The notes: generated by a model not told the origin, from the sequence alone. 64,000 nucleotides of DNA from Lingula anatina (GCA_051362555.1 CM120642.1:15624001-15688000); one strand, 5' to 3'. Counted from the first letter of the stretch, positions 11,746 through 25,857 are shown. A program made the numbers and translations.

Positions 11746-13044
11746 ATGCTGTCCTGCAAAGAACATGAATAAGAATCACTTTGTTTTGCATATCTAGTTC
11801 TAGCATATTTTTGTTTTATTGAGCCATGAACATTTCTTGGGGACATGTGGCAGCTAGATACAATGATGATACATCTATTATGTATGCCTGATGGGCAACT
11901 ATTTTTTCTTTTTACAGGGTTGTGAGGCATAATTTATAATTTTCCTAGAGGGGAAAAAGGTGGGTTTTGCCGTTTGAAGGATTTTTTTGTACAAGCTTAC
12001 AAAAGTCAATTCCATTTAATGTATATTTAAGAGTCAGTCGATTTTTTATGCAGATTTTAAATGCTGTGATAACTGATTTATGATGTACTTGCTATTGCTG
12101 GTAACATTTTATGAGTGAATGATTTCAATATTTTGAGGTACCATTTAGTATTAATGCAATCTCAGAAATGCCTTTAGTGACCTGGATTAGATTTATACAC
12201 TTATATTGATACAGTAATTGCAAAATAATCCGTCCATTTTACATAACCTCAGTGTGATATCAAAGAATTAAAACTTGTATTTTTCATATATTATTTCATG
12301 TACATTCTAGCCAGTCCATGACACAAATTGAAGCACTACGCACATTAAATTTTGAGTTTTGTTGTGATCATCAGCAAAAATTAATATTTTGCTGTTTTTA
12401 TTGAGACGTACTAATTCTGATGGTATTTTTGGTGAATTATGATAATCTTATTTGAAGTGTTTTGCACTTTTTATTTAAAACAAAAATATAGATTATTTGG
12501 CATAATACCTTTAATCTTGACTGTTAAGCAAATGAAATATTATGAAACAGTGACAGAATTATTGTAGTGAACTTGTAAGAAAATTTTCTTTTACATGTGA
12601 CTTAACTACAGTCTGCAAGGGAGCACAGAAAAATCTTAAAATGATTTTTTATACATGAAACATTTACTTTTCAACTTTCCTATATTACATTTTCCATGGC
12701 AAAGAGTAAATAAAAATCAGCCGATAATTTACAAACTTGAGAAGAGTTTTATTTACATGCAAATAAAGAAAGTGAAATATAATCTGATGAGTAATATCCC
12801 AGATCAAGTCCTGAACTTTATTCTCACCAGAACTTTGTACTTGAAATTATAATTCTTCTATCATCCCAATATGGCCCTTTAAAAATAACTCCAAAATAGT
12901 TTTATAACAAATATAATGTCTTGTGAGATTTAATATATACAAAATACTGCTGATCCCTTGGTATGTGTGAACACTTGATGGACGGAATGTTTTCACTTTG
13001 TTCTTTACCCACAATACACTACTTTCCGCTTTCCTTCTACTTCA

Positions 13045-16000
13045 TCACTTTTTGCCATCTTGTGCTGCAAGTAAAAAAAGCAAAAATTACTGTGAATCAA
13101 AAATTAATTATGTTCAGCTAATACGATTCAGTTTTTTTGTTTCCCTTTTTGGCTTATTTTCTTTTAGTTCCTAACAAACATTAAATACTCCAAATGGGCC
13201 ATTTTGGTTTTTAGCAGTATATATACAATGAATTGCAGTTAGGTGAAAAATTGAATAAAAAGATGTTACTGACTTAAAATATAAAAAACAGTACTGCAAA
13301 CGCCACAACTGTGATTTACAGATATCCAAATTCAAAACAAAATGTATTCAAAAAAGTTAAACAATAAAGAGCATTTAAAAAAAGAAGTGCTTATAGTCCA
13401 AATATTGCCAACAGTCATTTAGTATTTTTTTAAATTCAAAACAGCATTACAGTCAGTGTGTCTTATTAAAAAAATGTCTTTTTTTTTTAATTTGAAACAG
13501 GGTGCAAATAAAACTGGAATTCTATTAAAAGTGCAACTAGTGTCACATCATCTTGTCAAACATATTTGTGTGCATCTCAAACGTGTGGCAGTATTGTAAT
13601 TGTTCTTGTGTTACTTGCACCCACTTTTGGTCTACAGTTCTTATTCCTATAAAACGGTGACAGAAAACAATTAAAAGTGTAAAAGTGAATGCTGGTCAAC
13701 CATCAATAAATCCAATGGAATTATGCAATAAAAAAGTTGCTGGTGAAAAGCCATTAAATAAGTCAGTGCAAAAAGTTAAAGAAATAAATGCAGTGACTAG
13801 TAGTCTGTTACAATTTATCAAAGCCAGCACATAAAAAAACATTTTAAAATTTAAGTTATAATAACAGTATAATATGATATAATTCAGTTCTCTTGGAGGG
13901 ATCAGATCAGTTGTCTCTGTGCATGCACACATTTAAAATACCTGTATTCAAACCAATAAATACACAGTCAAACAAAACATAGTCTTTCCACAATGCAAAG
14001 AACATCTTTATCCTCCCAATAGGGAAAAAAGAGGTAAAAGAAAAGGAAAGAAAATAAAAATAATGCAAGGCAGCCTGACCACAAAACTTAACTTATACCA
14101 ATCTCTCATTTAACAGTGTATCTGTTAGATCAATTCTGACTGCATAATTAAATAAAATACTTGAATCTGACTACATGCTGATTTCAAGCAAGAGTTAATG
14201 CTGCTCCAAGACTATCTAAAAAGCTATAATTATAAGAACTTTAAAAATAAATCAACTACTGTGCATAATCATTATTCTAAGATATAGCAACAGCTTATGT
14301 TGTATGTAGTCAGGCATCTTTATTCTAAACAAAAAATAAAATATAGCACAAACTAAAACTGAAGATGTCAAATATCTATGCTTGTTTGTTAAAAAAGCTG
14401 TAAGAACTAAATTTTTAGAAATGCAAACAGTTGTAGACTGTTCCACTTCATTCATGCGTACCACTGTCACTTTACATCACATGCAGCTATTTGCTTTTAA
14501 CAGGACCTGAGTAGAAAAATCAGGAGTCAAGAGAGAGTAACATTTGCTGGACAAATTAACCCCCTGTGTCCTTTTTGGTCAATTTCCTATCAATGTCTTC
14601 AGTCCATTATAGTTCATTAAAGTTAATTTATATCTTTCCACCATGCATTTATGTATGACAAAAAATATATTCATTAAAATATGTAGAAAAAATTTCCACA
14701 CTGATGATGCCATTCAAAACAAATGCACTATAGACACTTGAGGCAAATCAATTGTTACTACAACCCACTAAAATAAGCTATTATCAAATATTCACAGAAG
14801 AAATTAGAAGACAGCATAAGGTTTTTCCAGAATTAAATGTACCTGTATATACTGTTATCTTTAGTAGTGATAGGTATGTAGTATTACTGCAGTTAAATGA
14901 ACCATCATGCAAAACAGGAATATTTATTTGAAAGAAGTCAACAGGACCACACCCAACATCACAAAGTGAATTTTGTAATGTTTCAGCTTCTTTGCAGTCA
15001 AGTCTTCCCCCTTCAAGATTCTGCTAAAAATTGATTCTAAACAAAATTTAGGTTCATTCAAGAATTTGTAGCTGGGAATCAAATATCCAGCTTTAATTGA
15101 TGCATCAGATGACATTTAAAATGATGATTTTGGATATTTTTTAAAATCAAGGACAGTAATATAACTTGACTGCACAGCATAGTGTTACATTTTCCATAAC
15201 CTTCAATTCATAAAATGTCAAGCAATCAAATTTCCTTCCATCACACATCTTTAGTCAGCATATTCAGCAGATCCAAGGGATCCTTCACCTCCCCCCCCCC
15301 TTCACATCCCTTCCCTAAAAAGGGAAAATAAGCACTTGGCTAATAGGCCAAAAGGGCAAACGTCAACACTTCCCCTCCTCAAAAGAAAAAAAATATCCCC
15401 CCCCCCTTGGATCTGCCATTGTCAATCAATCATTAAACAGGCACTGATCACAAAATATATATAATACACATACAATGATGCATGATGTACATGTGACATC
15501 ATTCACCTTTACATTGATATCGGCCTTAAGCAACAAGCAGAGTGTTTTTTTTATATATATAATATATAATATATATATAAAAAGGACTGACTTATATGAA
15601 ATATGGGAATATTTTTTAATGTTCTATCAGTAAGGCCAAACAGGACACAAAAAGCCCTGCATTTTATTTCTTACATCTTAGCAAATTCAAGTGGAAGTAT
15701 GAAACTTACGTGGCTCTGACAACTTAACCCAAATTGGAGCAAATATTTCATCAAGTTCCTGTTTTTTGAGAATAAAGTCTTGAGTGGTGGCATCAACAGT
15801 AAGGTCTACCCAGTCAGACTTCTCTTTACAGGCATTCATGCAGATATTCTGAAGTGTATTTAAATAATCTTTTAGTCTAATGCAAAGATAACAGTTCTTG
15901 TTCACTAAATAGTAATTTACAGTGGTCAACTAAATAAAATTATTAATTCAAAATACACTACTTGCAACATAAGCAATTGACGACTGATCTGAAAATCATT

Positions 16001-17025
16001 CATGGACCAATTTTTTTTAATACAATTATAGTAGTAAATTTTACTATTACAAACTACAATACATCAGTTGAATCAACATTATAAAAAAAATCAATTCAAT
16101 ACAAATCATTACTATTGCTATGAAAAATTCAACTGTCTTTTTTTTTTTTTTTCATCATTAAATGCAAGACAAATAAGCGAAACATAAAATTGTGAAAATT
16201 TTTTAAATTATACCCGGTCATCCTTGGTAAGTCTTCCTTGTATCTTTTCTGGATCTGCAAGAGTTTCTTGCATGGCTCTAATTGTGTCTTGAAGAAAAAC
16301 TTTGGCCTCTGGAAAGGGAGAGGGGGAGATGTGAAAAGTGAGTACTAGTACCAAGCTTCTGTATACTCCTAAATTTCTCATTACAATAACTCGCATTTAT
16401 GCGTGTACAGAACTGTTCAATCTGCATTTATAAAAAGCTGTCAGTAAATGATTTATTTCTTTTTTTCTGCAGCCAGAGTTTACATCGGTTTCTGTAGTGA
16501 ACTGTTAATAAAATAAACTTACCATAATGTGTAACAGTGTTCAGTACATAATATTATGTAAATTAAGACTTTACATGTACTTCTCATGAACAAATGAATT
16601 TAAAAACACCCATTTAATCAAGATTTGAATAATATCTTTAAAACCACACAAAATATATCTCACCGGCCCAGTCTAAGTAGTCCACACACTCTGCATGGTT
16701 GTACCTGAGCGCCACCTCCCGGGCACGCTCTCCGTGTACAGTCTTCTGCTGCAGGTCGGCCCCATTGTCTACCAGCAGTTTGAGGACATCTATCCTGCCC
16801 CAGGCTGCTGCGCGGTGGAGAGGAATGTAACCTAAAACCAGAAAAAAAATTGACAAGTCCTGTTGTTAAATCTAATGGAAACAAGTTAATTCTGAATAAC
16901 AAAATTTGAATTGTTTTGCGTTGCCTGCATGTTATCTATTAATTATATCTGAACCCTGAATCTCTTCCATTCTAAAACAATGCAGTTCCCAACTAAATAT
17001 GGTCACAGCAAGACTGACTTCCTTG

Positions 17026-17099
<74 letters not shown>

Positions 17100-17608
17100 T
17101 CCTAAAATACTAAAAGCTCTTAAACTAAATTCTTTATTGATAAACACCTTCACATATAAAGTTCAATCATCAGATTACTAGTATAGACTTAACATTTATC
17201 TACATCAAATATATAAACAAATAAATAATTAAATAGATAGCTGCACAATTATAAAGTATACATATGAATGAAGTGTTTTATAATCACATCATAGATTAGG
17301 TTTGATCCACTCGCCAAACCACTTGCTCACAGTGAGTGGATCACACCTGAGCATCAACAGTTACTGTAAAAATTATAACACAATGGTTATAGTAATTTCA
17401 TGGAAGTGATGACTTAATCTAAGATCAGATCTGAGTATGACCAGGAGCTATGAGCTGGGCTCTTCTTTCTATGCATTTTTGGACAAGTATAAGAAGTAAC
17501 TTTACCCCAGTAGTACATGTATGTCAATTTCCCCAGATCCCATGTATATTTAATATCAAACTGGAGATATGCGTGGCAAGGTTTGAGCCCGCAATATGCA
17601 TATCTTGT

Positions 17609-17687
<79 letters not shown>

Positions 17688-18018
17688 GCGGAGATGGGGG
17701 GGGGGGAGACTTGGGGGGGTGCAATGTACTATACGTACCTTGACATGACGAACTATTTACTTCTCCTCCTCTTGTTATAAGTTCTTTAGTCATATCAAGC
17801 CTTCCTAAAGTAGAAGACAAATCTAAAGGAGATTTCCCCTCATCATTTCTTTGGTTTAAATGTTCAAGTGCCTTCTCCTTGTAAGGATCTTCCTCATTTT
17901 CAAAGAACTGAGCAAATCTTGTGGGGTTATTTTCAAGTACACAGTGCCAAGCTAAGTTAACATCATCTGGAAATTCTGGCTCTTGAGGAGTTTCTTCGCC
18001 TGGATCGGCAGTCGACAT
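13045..18018 (-). CDS. ANKRD45: Ankyrin repeat domain-containing protein 45-like
   Basis: Exons 18018-17739 (MSTADPGEE...NDEGKSPLDLSSTLGRLDMTKELITRGGEVNSSSCQ), 16831-16664 (GYIPLHRAAAWGRIDVLKLLVDNGADLQQKTVHGERAREVALRYNHAECVDYLDWA), 16308-16214 (EAKVFLQDTIRAMQETLADPEKIQGRLTKDDR), 15848-15710 (NICMNACKEKSDW...APIWVKLSEP). Two ankyrin repeats plus the LH.AAAWG / DPEK.QG.L.K.D / C..K..W signature recognised from ANKRD45. The last exon is uncertain (candidate 13064-13045, PQDGKK*). Confidence 0.8.
15265..15421. mobile_element. Degenerate MITE of the GGCGGATCCA-TIR type
   Basis: GCAGATCCAAGGG at the left end and CCCCCCTTGGATCTGCC at the right end are inverted copies, similar to the TIR at 28514-28656 and the half element at 35835-35849. 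Confidence 0.5.
17026..17097. repeat. (TA)n microsatellite
   Basis: Direct read, ANKRD45 intron 1. Confidence 0.95.
17611..17683. repeat. (GT)n microsatellite followed by G-runs
   Basis: Direct read, ANKRD45 intron 1. Confidence 0.95.
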
Positions 18019-18509
18019 AATTGGAAGAACAAGTATCTTAGGTTAATTGTAGCCTTTTTGCAGTTAAACTCGAAATCTCGCTTCACTATGCAAGGGAATT
18101 CCCGTCGTTACTTACAACAATGTGACGTCACTGCCAGCCTAAACGCTTATGTTACTTTCTTTGTTATTGGGCGAACTCTGACTGAGAATAACTCTGTTTA
18201 TACAAGAATTTGTCTAATAAACTTCGATGTTAAGCAACTTTATTTTCCTATTCTTAGTGAAAAGTTGACATTCTAAATCATTAACTGACTAGCTAGTATG
18301 TTCAAGTGCCCCTTTGGAGAAATTTTCGCATTAAAATCTTGACAAGGTAATAAATTGTCCAATAGAAATACCCGACGCAAACGATATAAAGCGGAAGTCA
18401 CCCATGTTTAATGTGTTCCCTTGTAAAGTTACACAGGGAAAGAAGGTGAAACAGGGCATTTGGAAAATAAAAAAACATCTGATAGCAAGGAATTCCCATT
18501 TTGTTAAAG
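18019..18509. promoter_or_regulatory. Compact bidirectional promoter shared by ANKRD45-like (-) and KLHL20 (+)
   Basis: Under 500 bp separate the ANKRD45 ATG (18018) from the first KLHL20 donor (18509). Contains a full CRE TGACGTCA (18123-18130), an ETS site GCGGAAGT (18391-18398) and a kB-like palindrome GGGAATTCCC (18094-18103). Confidence 0.6.
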
Positions 18510-19143
18510 GTATGTTATTCAGATATAATTATAGTGTTGTATTTAGTGTACCGCTAGTTAATTTTAGGTTGTGGATCGGAAAGTTTGTGATACATTATGG
18601 CAATTTCTGGGACTATTACTTGTACTGCATACACAGGTACAGTATGGCCCCCAATTTGATGATTTTCGGTGTTATTAAATTGCAAAATTGAGTTATTTGA
18701 ATAGCAGAGACTTTGACGAAAGTCGCCACTGACCTAATTCTAGAAAAGCGTCAAAGAACCAAAGACTTGCGTGCGTAAGCTGGGGGAGGGGGGGGGGGGG
18801 GGCAAACTGCAGCCCCGTCTCATAAAACTCAAAGGTGTAAACGTCATTTATTCCATAAAAGTAAAAGATACTGGTCAGGTAGTTCAATTTCTTTGAGACA
18901 ACATTATAACCTCAACAATAATGAGTGATCTATATGGATTGCTACAGTAACTATGACTTGCAGGGGGGGGGGTGCTTTCAGGTACTGGTTACTGTAATAA
19001 TTCAAATTAAATAACATTCATAATGCTTATAATAATTCAAATTGATCTGCTAACTTATAAATTTTGAAATATATCAACATATATCTGTGAATTATATATC
19101 TGTGAACAAACACCATCATTTCTGTTTCAGAAAACTGCTTTCA

Positions 19144-22100
19144 ATGCAGTCCCTCACCAAGATGGAGGTGGACAGGCCGCCATCGCCTGCAAGGATGCCA
19201 TATACGTCAGACAAGCATCCACGCCACACACTGGAAGCCATAAATGTGCTTCGTAAGCACCGAGAACTCTGTGATGTAGTTATTATTGTTGGACAGAGAA
19301 AGATCTTTGCACACAGAGTGGTGCTCTCTGCGTGCAGTCCATACTTTCATGCCATGTTCACAGGAGAGCTGGCTGAGAGCCGTCAGACGGAGGTCACCAT
19401 AAGAGACATTGATGAAAATGCCATGGAAATGCTAGTCGATTTCTGCTACACATCCAGTATAACTGTTGAAGAGAGCAATGTTCAGACACTGCTACCAGCA
19501 GCATGTCTGTTACAGCTTGCTGAGATTCAGGATGTGTGTTGTGAATTTCTCAAAAGGCAGTTAGACCCATCAAACTGTCTAGGGATCAGGGCTTTTGCTG
19601 ATACACATGCCTGCAGGGACCTTTTAAGAATAGCAGACAAGTTTACACAGCATAATTTTCAAGAGGTTTGTTCACTTGATATCTTTGTGAACGCTTACTA
19701 AGAGTGGTACTGAGTAAAGTTAGATATCTCTCCTCTTACTTGACCACTCAAAAACACTCGTATGCTCGTGCCCATGTCAGCATGCACACACATTAACATA
19801 CATGCACACACTTGCTAGTTAATTGCAAAATCTTCCCTAACTCTCAGTACCCACCTCTCACCCTTTTTAACCTACTTAACAATTTAGATACTATAATCTT
19901 GCTACTAAAAAGGAGTATTCAATCAGAAAATGTGATTCTCTGCTATTTGTCTTCTACTGGACTTGGGATTCAGAGCAAAATTGAAACAAGGTGTCTTTGA
20001 GTTGTTGTTAACATTTGACAGAATATCAATGAAGATATTGCACAATTGTTTCCTTGAAAATTGTTGTAAATAACTGGGCTTTTAAGCTGATAACAGAAAT
20101 AATTGATTTCAGGTACGTTGTCCCAACATGAAAGTTTTCTTGCTGAATACAAGTTGAGAATAAGCATCTCTCAAAACATCTTGTATTCAAACCCATATTA
20201 ACATGTTTTGTTCTTATTGCAAATTTTAAGGAAATTGACCTTTTTCTTACAGGTGATGGAAAGTGAAGAATTTCTCCTTCTTCCCCTGAATCAGCTTGTG
20301 GATATAATCTCAAGTGATGAGCTCAATGTGCGCAGTGAGGAGCAGGTGTACAGTGCTGTGATGGGTTGGGTCAAACATAATATACAGGAGAGGAAGGGAA
20401 ACCTGCCTACAGTATGTCATCTCATACAGACAAATTGTATATCTTTATGTTGGGAACTCTAACGTATAATGTTATTGGGATACAAAAAGAAAAAAAATCT
20501 GATGTTAGGAATTTTTTTTTTTAATTTGCTTGTTCATTTATTTAATCAAGTGCATTTATTAGTGAACAAACATGAATCTGTTGATTTGTCCTTGCCAGAC
20601 ATTCCAGTTGTGGATGAATTGCTGCTCCTTTCTACTACAGAAATGTGTTTGTTAAAGTTTTATTTAAAAAAAAAACTTTTCATAAAGTTGAGATATAGTT
20701 CATAGAATTTTTTAAAATTTTTGACAGCTTTTTTTTTAGTTCTGTATGTTCTATTATGCTTTCAGGTAGTACAGCATGTGAGGCTGCCACTGATGAGTCC
20801 AAAGTTTTTAGTCGGCACTGTGGGCTCTGATCTTTTAATAAAAAGCGACGAGGCCTGTAGAGATTTGGTAGACGAAGCTAAGAATTATCTGCTATTGCCA
20901 CAGGAGCGCCCTCTGATGCAGGGACCAAGAACACGACCACGGAAACCAATAAGATGTGGAGAGGTGTTATTTGCAGGTAGATAGAGCCAAATAAAGTGTC
21001 TTTTGATGTTTTGATGTTTTATAACTAGTTTTCTCATCTCAGGGCAGGGAGTATGCTTTAAATTTGGTGTCACAAAAATGAAATGGTATCAAGAGCAGGG
21101 TTTTCCTTTTGGATTATAAGCCCCCCAAAAAATAACAATTATATTCTTTGAAACACATAATTGTGACTTTTCTTTTGGTTTGAGAAATTTATTTATAATT
21201 GTCTATTCTTTGTGTCTCAGTGGGTGGCTGGTGTAGTGGAGACGCCATATCCAGTGTGGAGAGGTACGACCCACAGACCAATGAGTGGCGCATGGTGGCG
21301 CCCATGAGTAAGCGGCGCTGTGGTGTGGGTGTGGCAGTGCTGAATGGCCTGCTGTATGCTGTAGGGGGACACGATGGACAGTCTTATTTAAACAGCATTG
21401 AGAGGTAGGAATTGGTGCTCTTTTTATGTGTAACAAAACTTGTATTTATTTCAACAAAATTTTACTTGTCCACGGGTTAAAAGTAGCATGAGTTTTTAAG
21501 AGGGGGGAATGCAATTCTCTGTAATTATGCACATTAACAGGTTTTTAAATTTCTCTTGCATCTCAGTTTTCTACATAAAGGATTAAATGTTAATAATTTG
21601 TTAAGTAAGTGATCAGTTACTATTTGTAATTGACCAACCTTCACTGGTGTTTTCCCTTCAGATATGATCCTCAGACCAATCAGTGGTCCAGTGATGTAGC
21701 TCCCACCAGTTCATGTCGTACCAGTGTGGGCGTGGCTGTTCTTGGCGACTTCATGTATGCCGTAGGAGGGCAAGATGGAGTTTCATGTCTGAATTTCGTG
21801 GAGAGGTGCGTTGATACTGATCTTTCTTTGAGCTAATGTAAAGTTTGAGGAGCTTTTTTTTTTTTTTAATTGACCAATTAATTACTGTGTTTTGCTTTAA
21901 ACATGTGGGAATTTTATGGAAAGAGAGATAAATATTGTCTTTAAAAGTAAATTTGGAGTTTTTTTGTTACAGTTCCTGTTTAAGGTTAGAGAAAGTTGAA
22001 AGTTGAGGCCCCTGATATGCCTAAACATGAAAGTAAATGTTAAATGCTGTATTTTCAGATATGATCCTCAGACCAATCGCTGGGTGAAGGTTGCCCCCAT

Positions 22101-23609
22101 GAGCACCAGGAGACTGGGGGTGGGAGTGGCTGTGCTGGCAGGATATCTATATGCTGTTGGAGGAAGTGACGGATCTTCACCACTGAATACAGGTGAGGGA
22201 ATTAAAGGTTGAGATAGTGAATATTAGAGGTCAGTTGTATAATGTGAGAGTTGAGGGACAAGAGGAGAGTGAATAACAGCCGCTCTGGTATTATATGATA
22301 AAAATATATACAGCAGATAATTTACATTCTTGTCGATTATGTAGTCTAAAAGGTTTGAAGATTGTCATAAAATAAAGTTCAACAACAACTTGCTGAGAAG
22401 TCAGAACCTAATTATTCACAGTTATCTGTTTGCGATTGTAAGATCATAAGTTTTAGTTTGAATCTTTTTGACATTGAACAAAGTCATTAAGCAATATTTA
22501 GCTTAATATAAGTAAGAAACCTAAAATAAAGTGACCAAAAAATTTGCAGAATGGCTGCACATTTCATGCCATACACAATCATCAACATAAAATCAAATAA
22601 CTATTTCAGTTGAGAGATATGACCCTCGGACCAACCGCTGGACCCCAGTGTCTCCAATGAACACACGGAGGAAGCACCTGGGGGTTGCTGTGTATAACAA
22701 CATGATGTATGCTGTAGGTGGGAGAGATGACACCACTGAGCTGAGCAGTGTAGAGAGATACAACCCACAGACCAATACATGGCAGCCAGTGGTAGCTATG
22801 ACCTCTAGGAGAAGTGGGGTAGGTGTTTTGTAGTAAAGATATATGTGTAGAAAACTTTTATCTTTTGACGTGTGGATAACAGCCTGTGTAGCTAGGGTTT
22901 TAAAGCAGTTTAAGTTACATGTATTTATAATTGGGGAATTTCTTAAATTGTTAGGTTGCATTAAATGAAAGGGAGTTGTATGTTAAAAAATAAGGGAAAA
23001 AAGCAGGACATTCATAATCTAGAGTTAAGCATTAATAACTTGTCTGTTGATATTATACAACATAGTTGTATTATCTCAATTAAGTTGACAGACAAAAAGA
23101 CATCAATTGAATGAAGAATAGGTCCACAGAAATTTTACATTTTTACAAAAAGAAGGTCCTTAACTTTATTGTCATCTCATTTCAACATCTTGCTATTTTC
23201 ATAAACTTTATGCTGCAGATAAGCTGTGGAAGTCTTGGTATACTATGTAGAAGTTCACGAACTCAATTTCCAGTTTTTAATATAGCTCATGTAATTGATG
23301 ACATATACTATGGAATTTATTGCTTCAGAATGGAGAACACAAATTAAAATGTACAGCTCATTTCTTTCTTTCTTTTATTTAAATTTATTTAATATAATAT
23401 GTTATTTTGCATTTCAGGTTGGTTTGGCAGTCGTAAATGGAATGCTAATGGCCATTGGTGGGTTTGATGGCACCACCTATCTGAAGACCATAGAAGTGTA
23501 TGATCCTGAACAGAATTGCTGGAAGCTCTACGGAGGCATGAACTATCGTAGACTGGGAGGGGGTGTGGGTGTGGTCAAAATGCCGCAGCATGAAGCTCAC
23601 CTATGGTGA
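19144..23609 (+). CDS. KLHL20: Kelch-like protein 20 / diablo (BTB-BACK-Kelch Cullin3 substrate adaptor), ~584 aa
   Basis: Coding exons 19144-19665, 20253-20411, 20766-20976, 21221-21404, 21662-21805, 22059-22192, 22610-22818, 23418-23609 (1755 nt, phases consistent). Near-identical to KLHL20 motifs: [70 protein letters not shown], and six kelch repeats. Probable non-coding first exon ending at donor 18509|gtatgt. Confidence 0.96.
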
Positions 23610-25855
23610 CAACTATTGAAACTGTTTGATAGCTCTAGCAATGGGTAGTTTCTGACCTTGGTTGACAAGCAGTCTATCAAGATAACGTTTCTACTGGGAA
23701 AATGGTATGTGTAGTGCCATTACCTTTTCAGACAGAACTGAACACAGGGTTGAAACAACCTGTCAGAAGTATTCTCATATCTTATATGTTATACCACCCA
23801 TTAAGCATAAGGTGGACAGGTTTTATGTACTCACAATTAGATTGTCATGAAGTGTCATTCATCTCCATCAGGACGGGATCACACAGGTGAACAGGCAAGA
23901 AGGCATTTTGTTTATAGCCCAGAAAATATGACAAAATCTATCTGAAATGTCATTTATTGTGTGAACTGATGATTTTTTTTTTTTGTTTTGAGATTACCTT
24001 AAGTTTCTACTGTCTCACTGGGATAATTTTCAACATAACTATTTTATTTTGCACAGTCTTTTTATTATTATTATTTTTTTTACCAGCAAGATTGTTTTTT
24101 CTAAATTATTCATACTTGAAACTAATTTTGCAAGAATTTATTCTGCAGTAGATCCAGTACTCACACCCCAGATATGCCTTAGCCAGAACTGAGCTGTATG
24201 ATGCTGTGTTTATGTAGAAAGCAATGCATGTGGTATAATACCATTTATTGACAAGTAATGCTTTATATAAGGGGTACTAAAGAATATGTATAGCAATAGA
24301 TAAACAGGCTGAATGGAACTGCTTGCCATATAGAGGTGCAATTTGGCAGCGTTTTCATATATAATTAACTTATTGTCGTCATTGTAATAATTATTAGTCA
24401 TGTGTGAAGGGCAAATGTGCAGTTCAAGGGGAAGTATCAGAGAAAACTAGTCTGTTAATGAACAAATTGTGTAACCGATTGATTATTGAACAGTCAAGCA
24501 GGTGCTTACAAACAGTTACAGCTCAAAAGTGTGACTAGAACTGAAGATCCCCTGCTTAAAGATGAATGAAAATATTTCAATTATAACAGTTTTGATATCA
24601 CCCCCTTTATATGGTCCATGGTGCTGGTGCTGTAAAGTGTAATAAGAGTTGGTCCACAAGTGAGGGTTTCCTTTTATCATGCCAAAAATTATTGATATAT
24701 AGATGCTGAGGTTTTTTTATATTCAGATAGAAAATAAGGATTTTTTTAAAATCCCCACCCCTCCTCTGCTGAAAACGTTTCACAAATCTTATTTAATTGA
24801 GGCATTTAGTTGTATTTCTGTGAGGCCTAGATGGTGATGATTATGGTGAACTTTTCGCTATGGGAATTAAAGCTACCATTTTTGTTTTGAAAAAGGAGGA
24901 ATGCCCCCCCCCCACCCCCCCCACCCACCCAATCTCCTTTAGATACCTGAATAATACTGTAAAATTGTTCTAAGATGCTATGAAAGATGACGTTAGTGCA
25001 CCCATCTGTCTCCTTAAAGTGAATCTATTGAAACTTCATATGATCACGGGTTTGGATGAACTTCTTCAGCTGTCGGTTCTTTTACGAAAACCATTTGTAG
25101 ATATGTTGTAAATAATAATAATTACATAATGTAAATAATCGTACATCCTTTCTGCGTGTCTGTTGTTTATTGTATTTATATTATAAGACTATTTGATTAG
25201 TCCTATATGTAGTTAAAATCTGTCTTTCTGGTTTTATATCTACTGTTATTTGTCTACACAGAAAAAAAATTGCTGTCAGCTATTATGGGCTATATTAGAT
25301 TTATGAAATACCAATGGCACTATGAGACGTGGTGCCTTTGAAAACGTTGGAAATATGTAAAATAACTACTGAAAATAATGACATAATTTAGAGCAATGAC
25401 ATGGGTGTATCGACTTTTCGTAGATGGAAGGGATCCTCCACATAGTTTCACAAGTTATAGGGAGGGAGGGGGTTGAATATGTCTTTGAAGAATAACATTA
25501 TTAAAAGCTGCGCCTCAACCAGCCCAAGTATGTAGTTTTACATCTATCTGACACGTGGCTGGTCTTGATTGAAATACCGTTGTAACATATGCATGTTAAG
25601 AATCGGAGGCAACACGAAGAAAACTGGAAAACATCATGGAATTGAAATGATGCCCGCCCCCAACAGCCGAATTACAATTTTTCCTGTAGAAAAACGTGAC
25701 GATGGACGCCGCTAGGAAAAGCTTTCCGTCTACGGGGAAATAGATATGTGTGAATAATAGCCCCTTCTATGGCCTACTGACCTGCGTCACAGAAACCGCG
25801 CCAGAGAATAATAAACTTGTGTATGCCGGAAATAAATCGAGTGGTCAGAAAAACA

Positions 25856-25857
<2 letters not shown>

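Noticed and set aside
18404-18691. 95-aa ORF as N-terminal extension of KLHL20
   Set aside because: Phase mismatch with the exon at 19131 and no similarity to the KLHL20 N-terminus.
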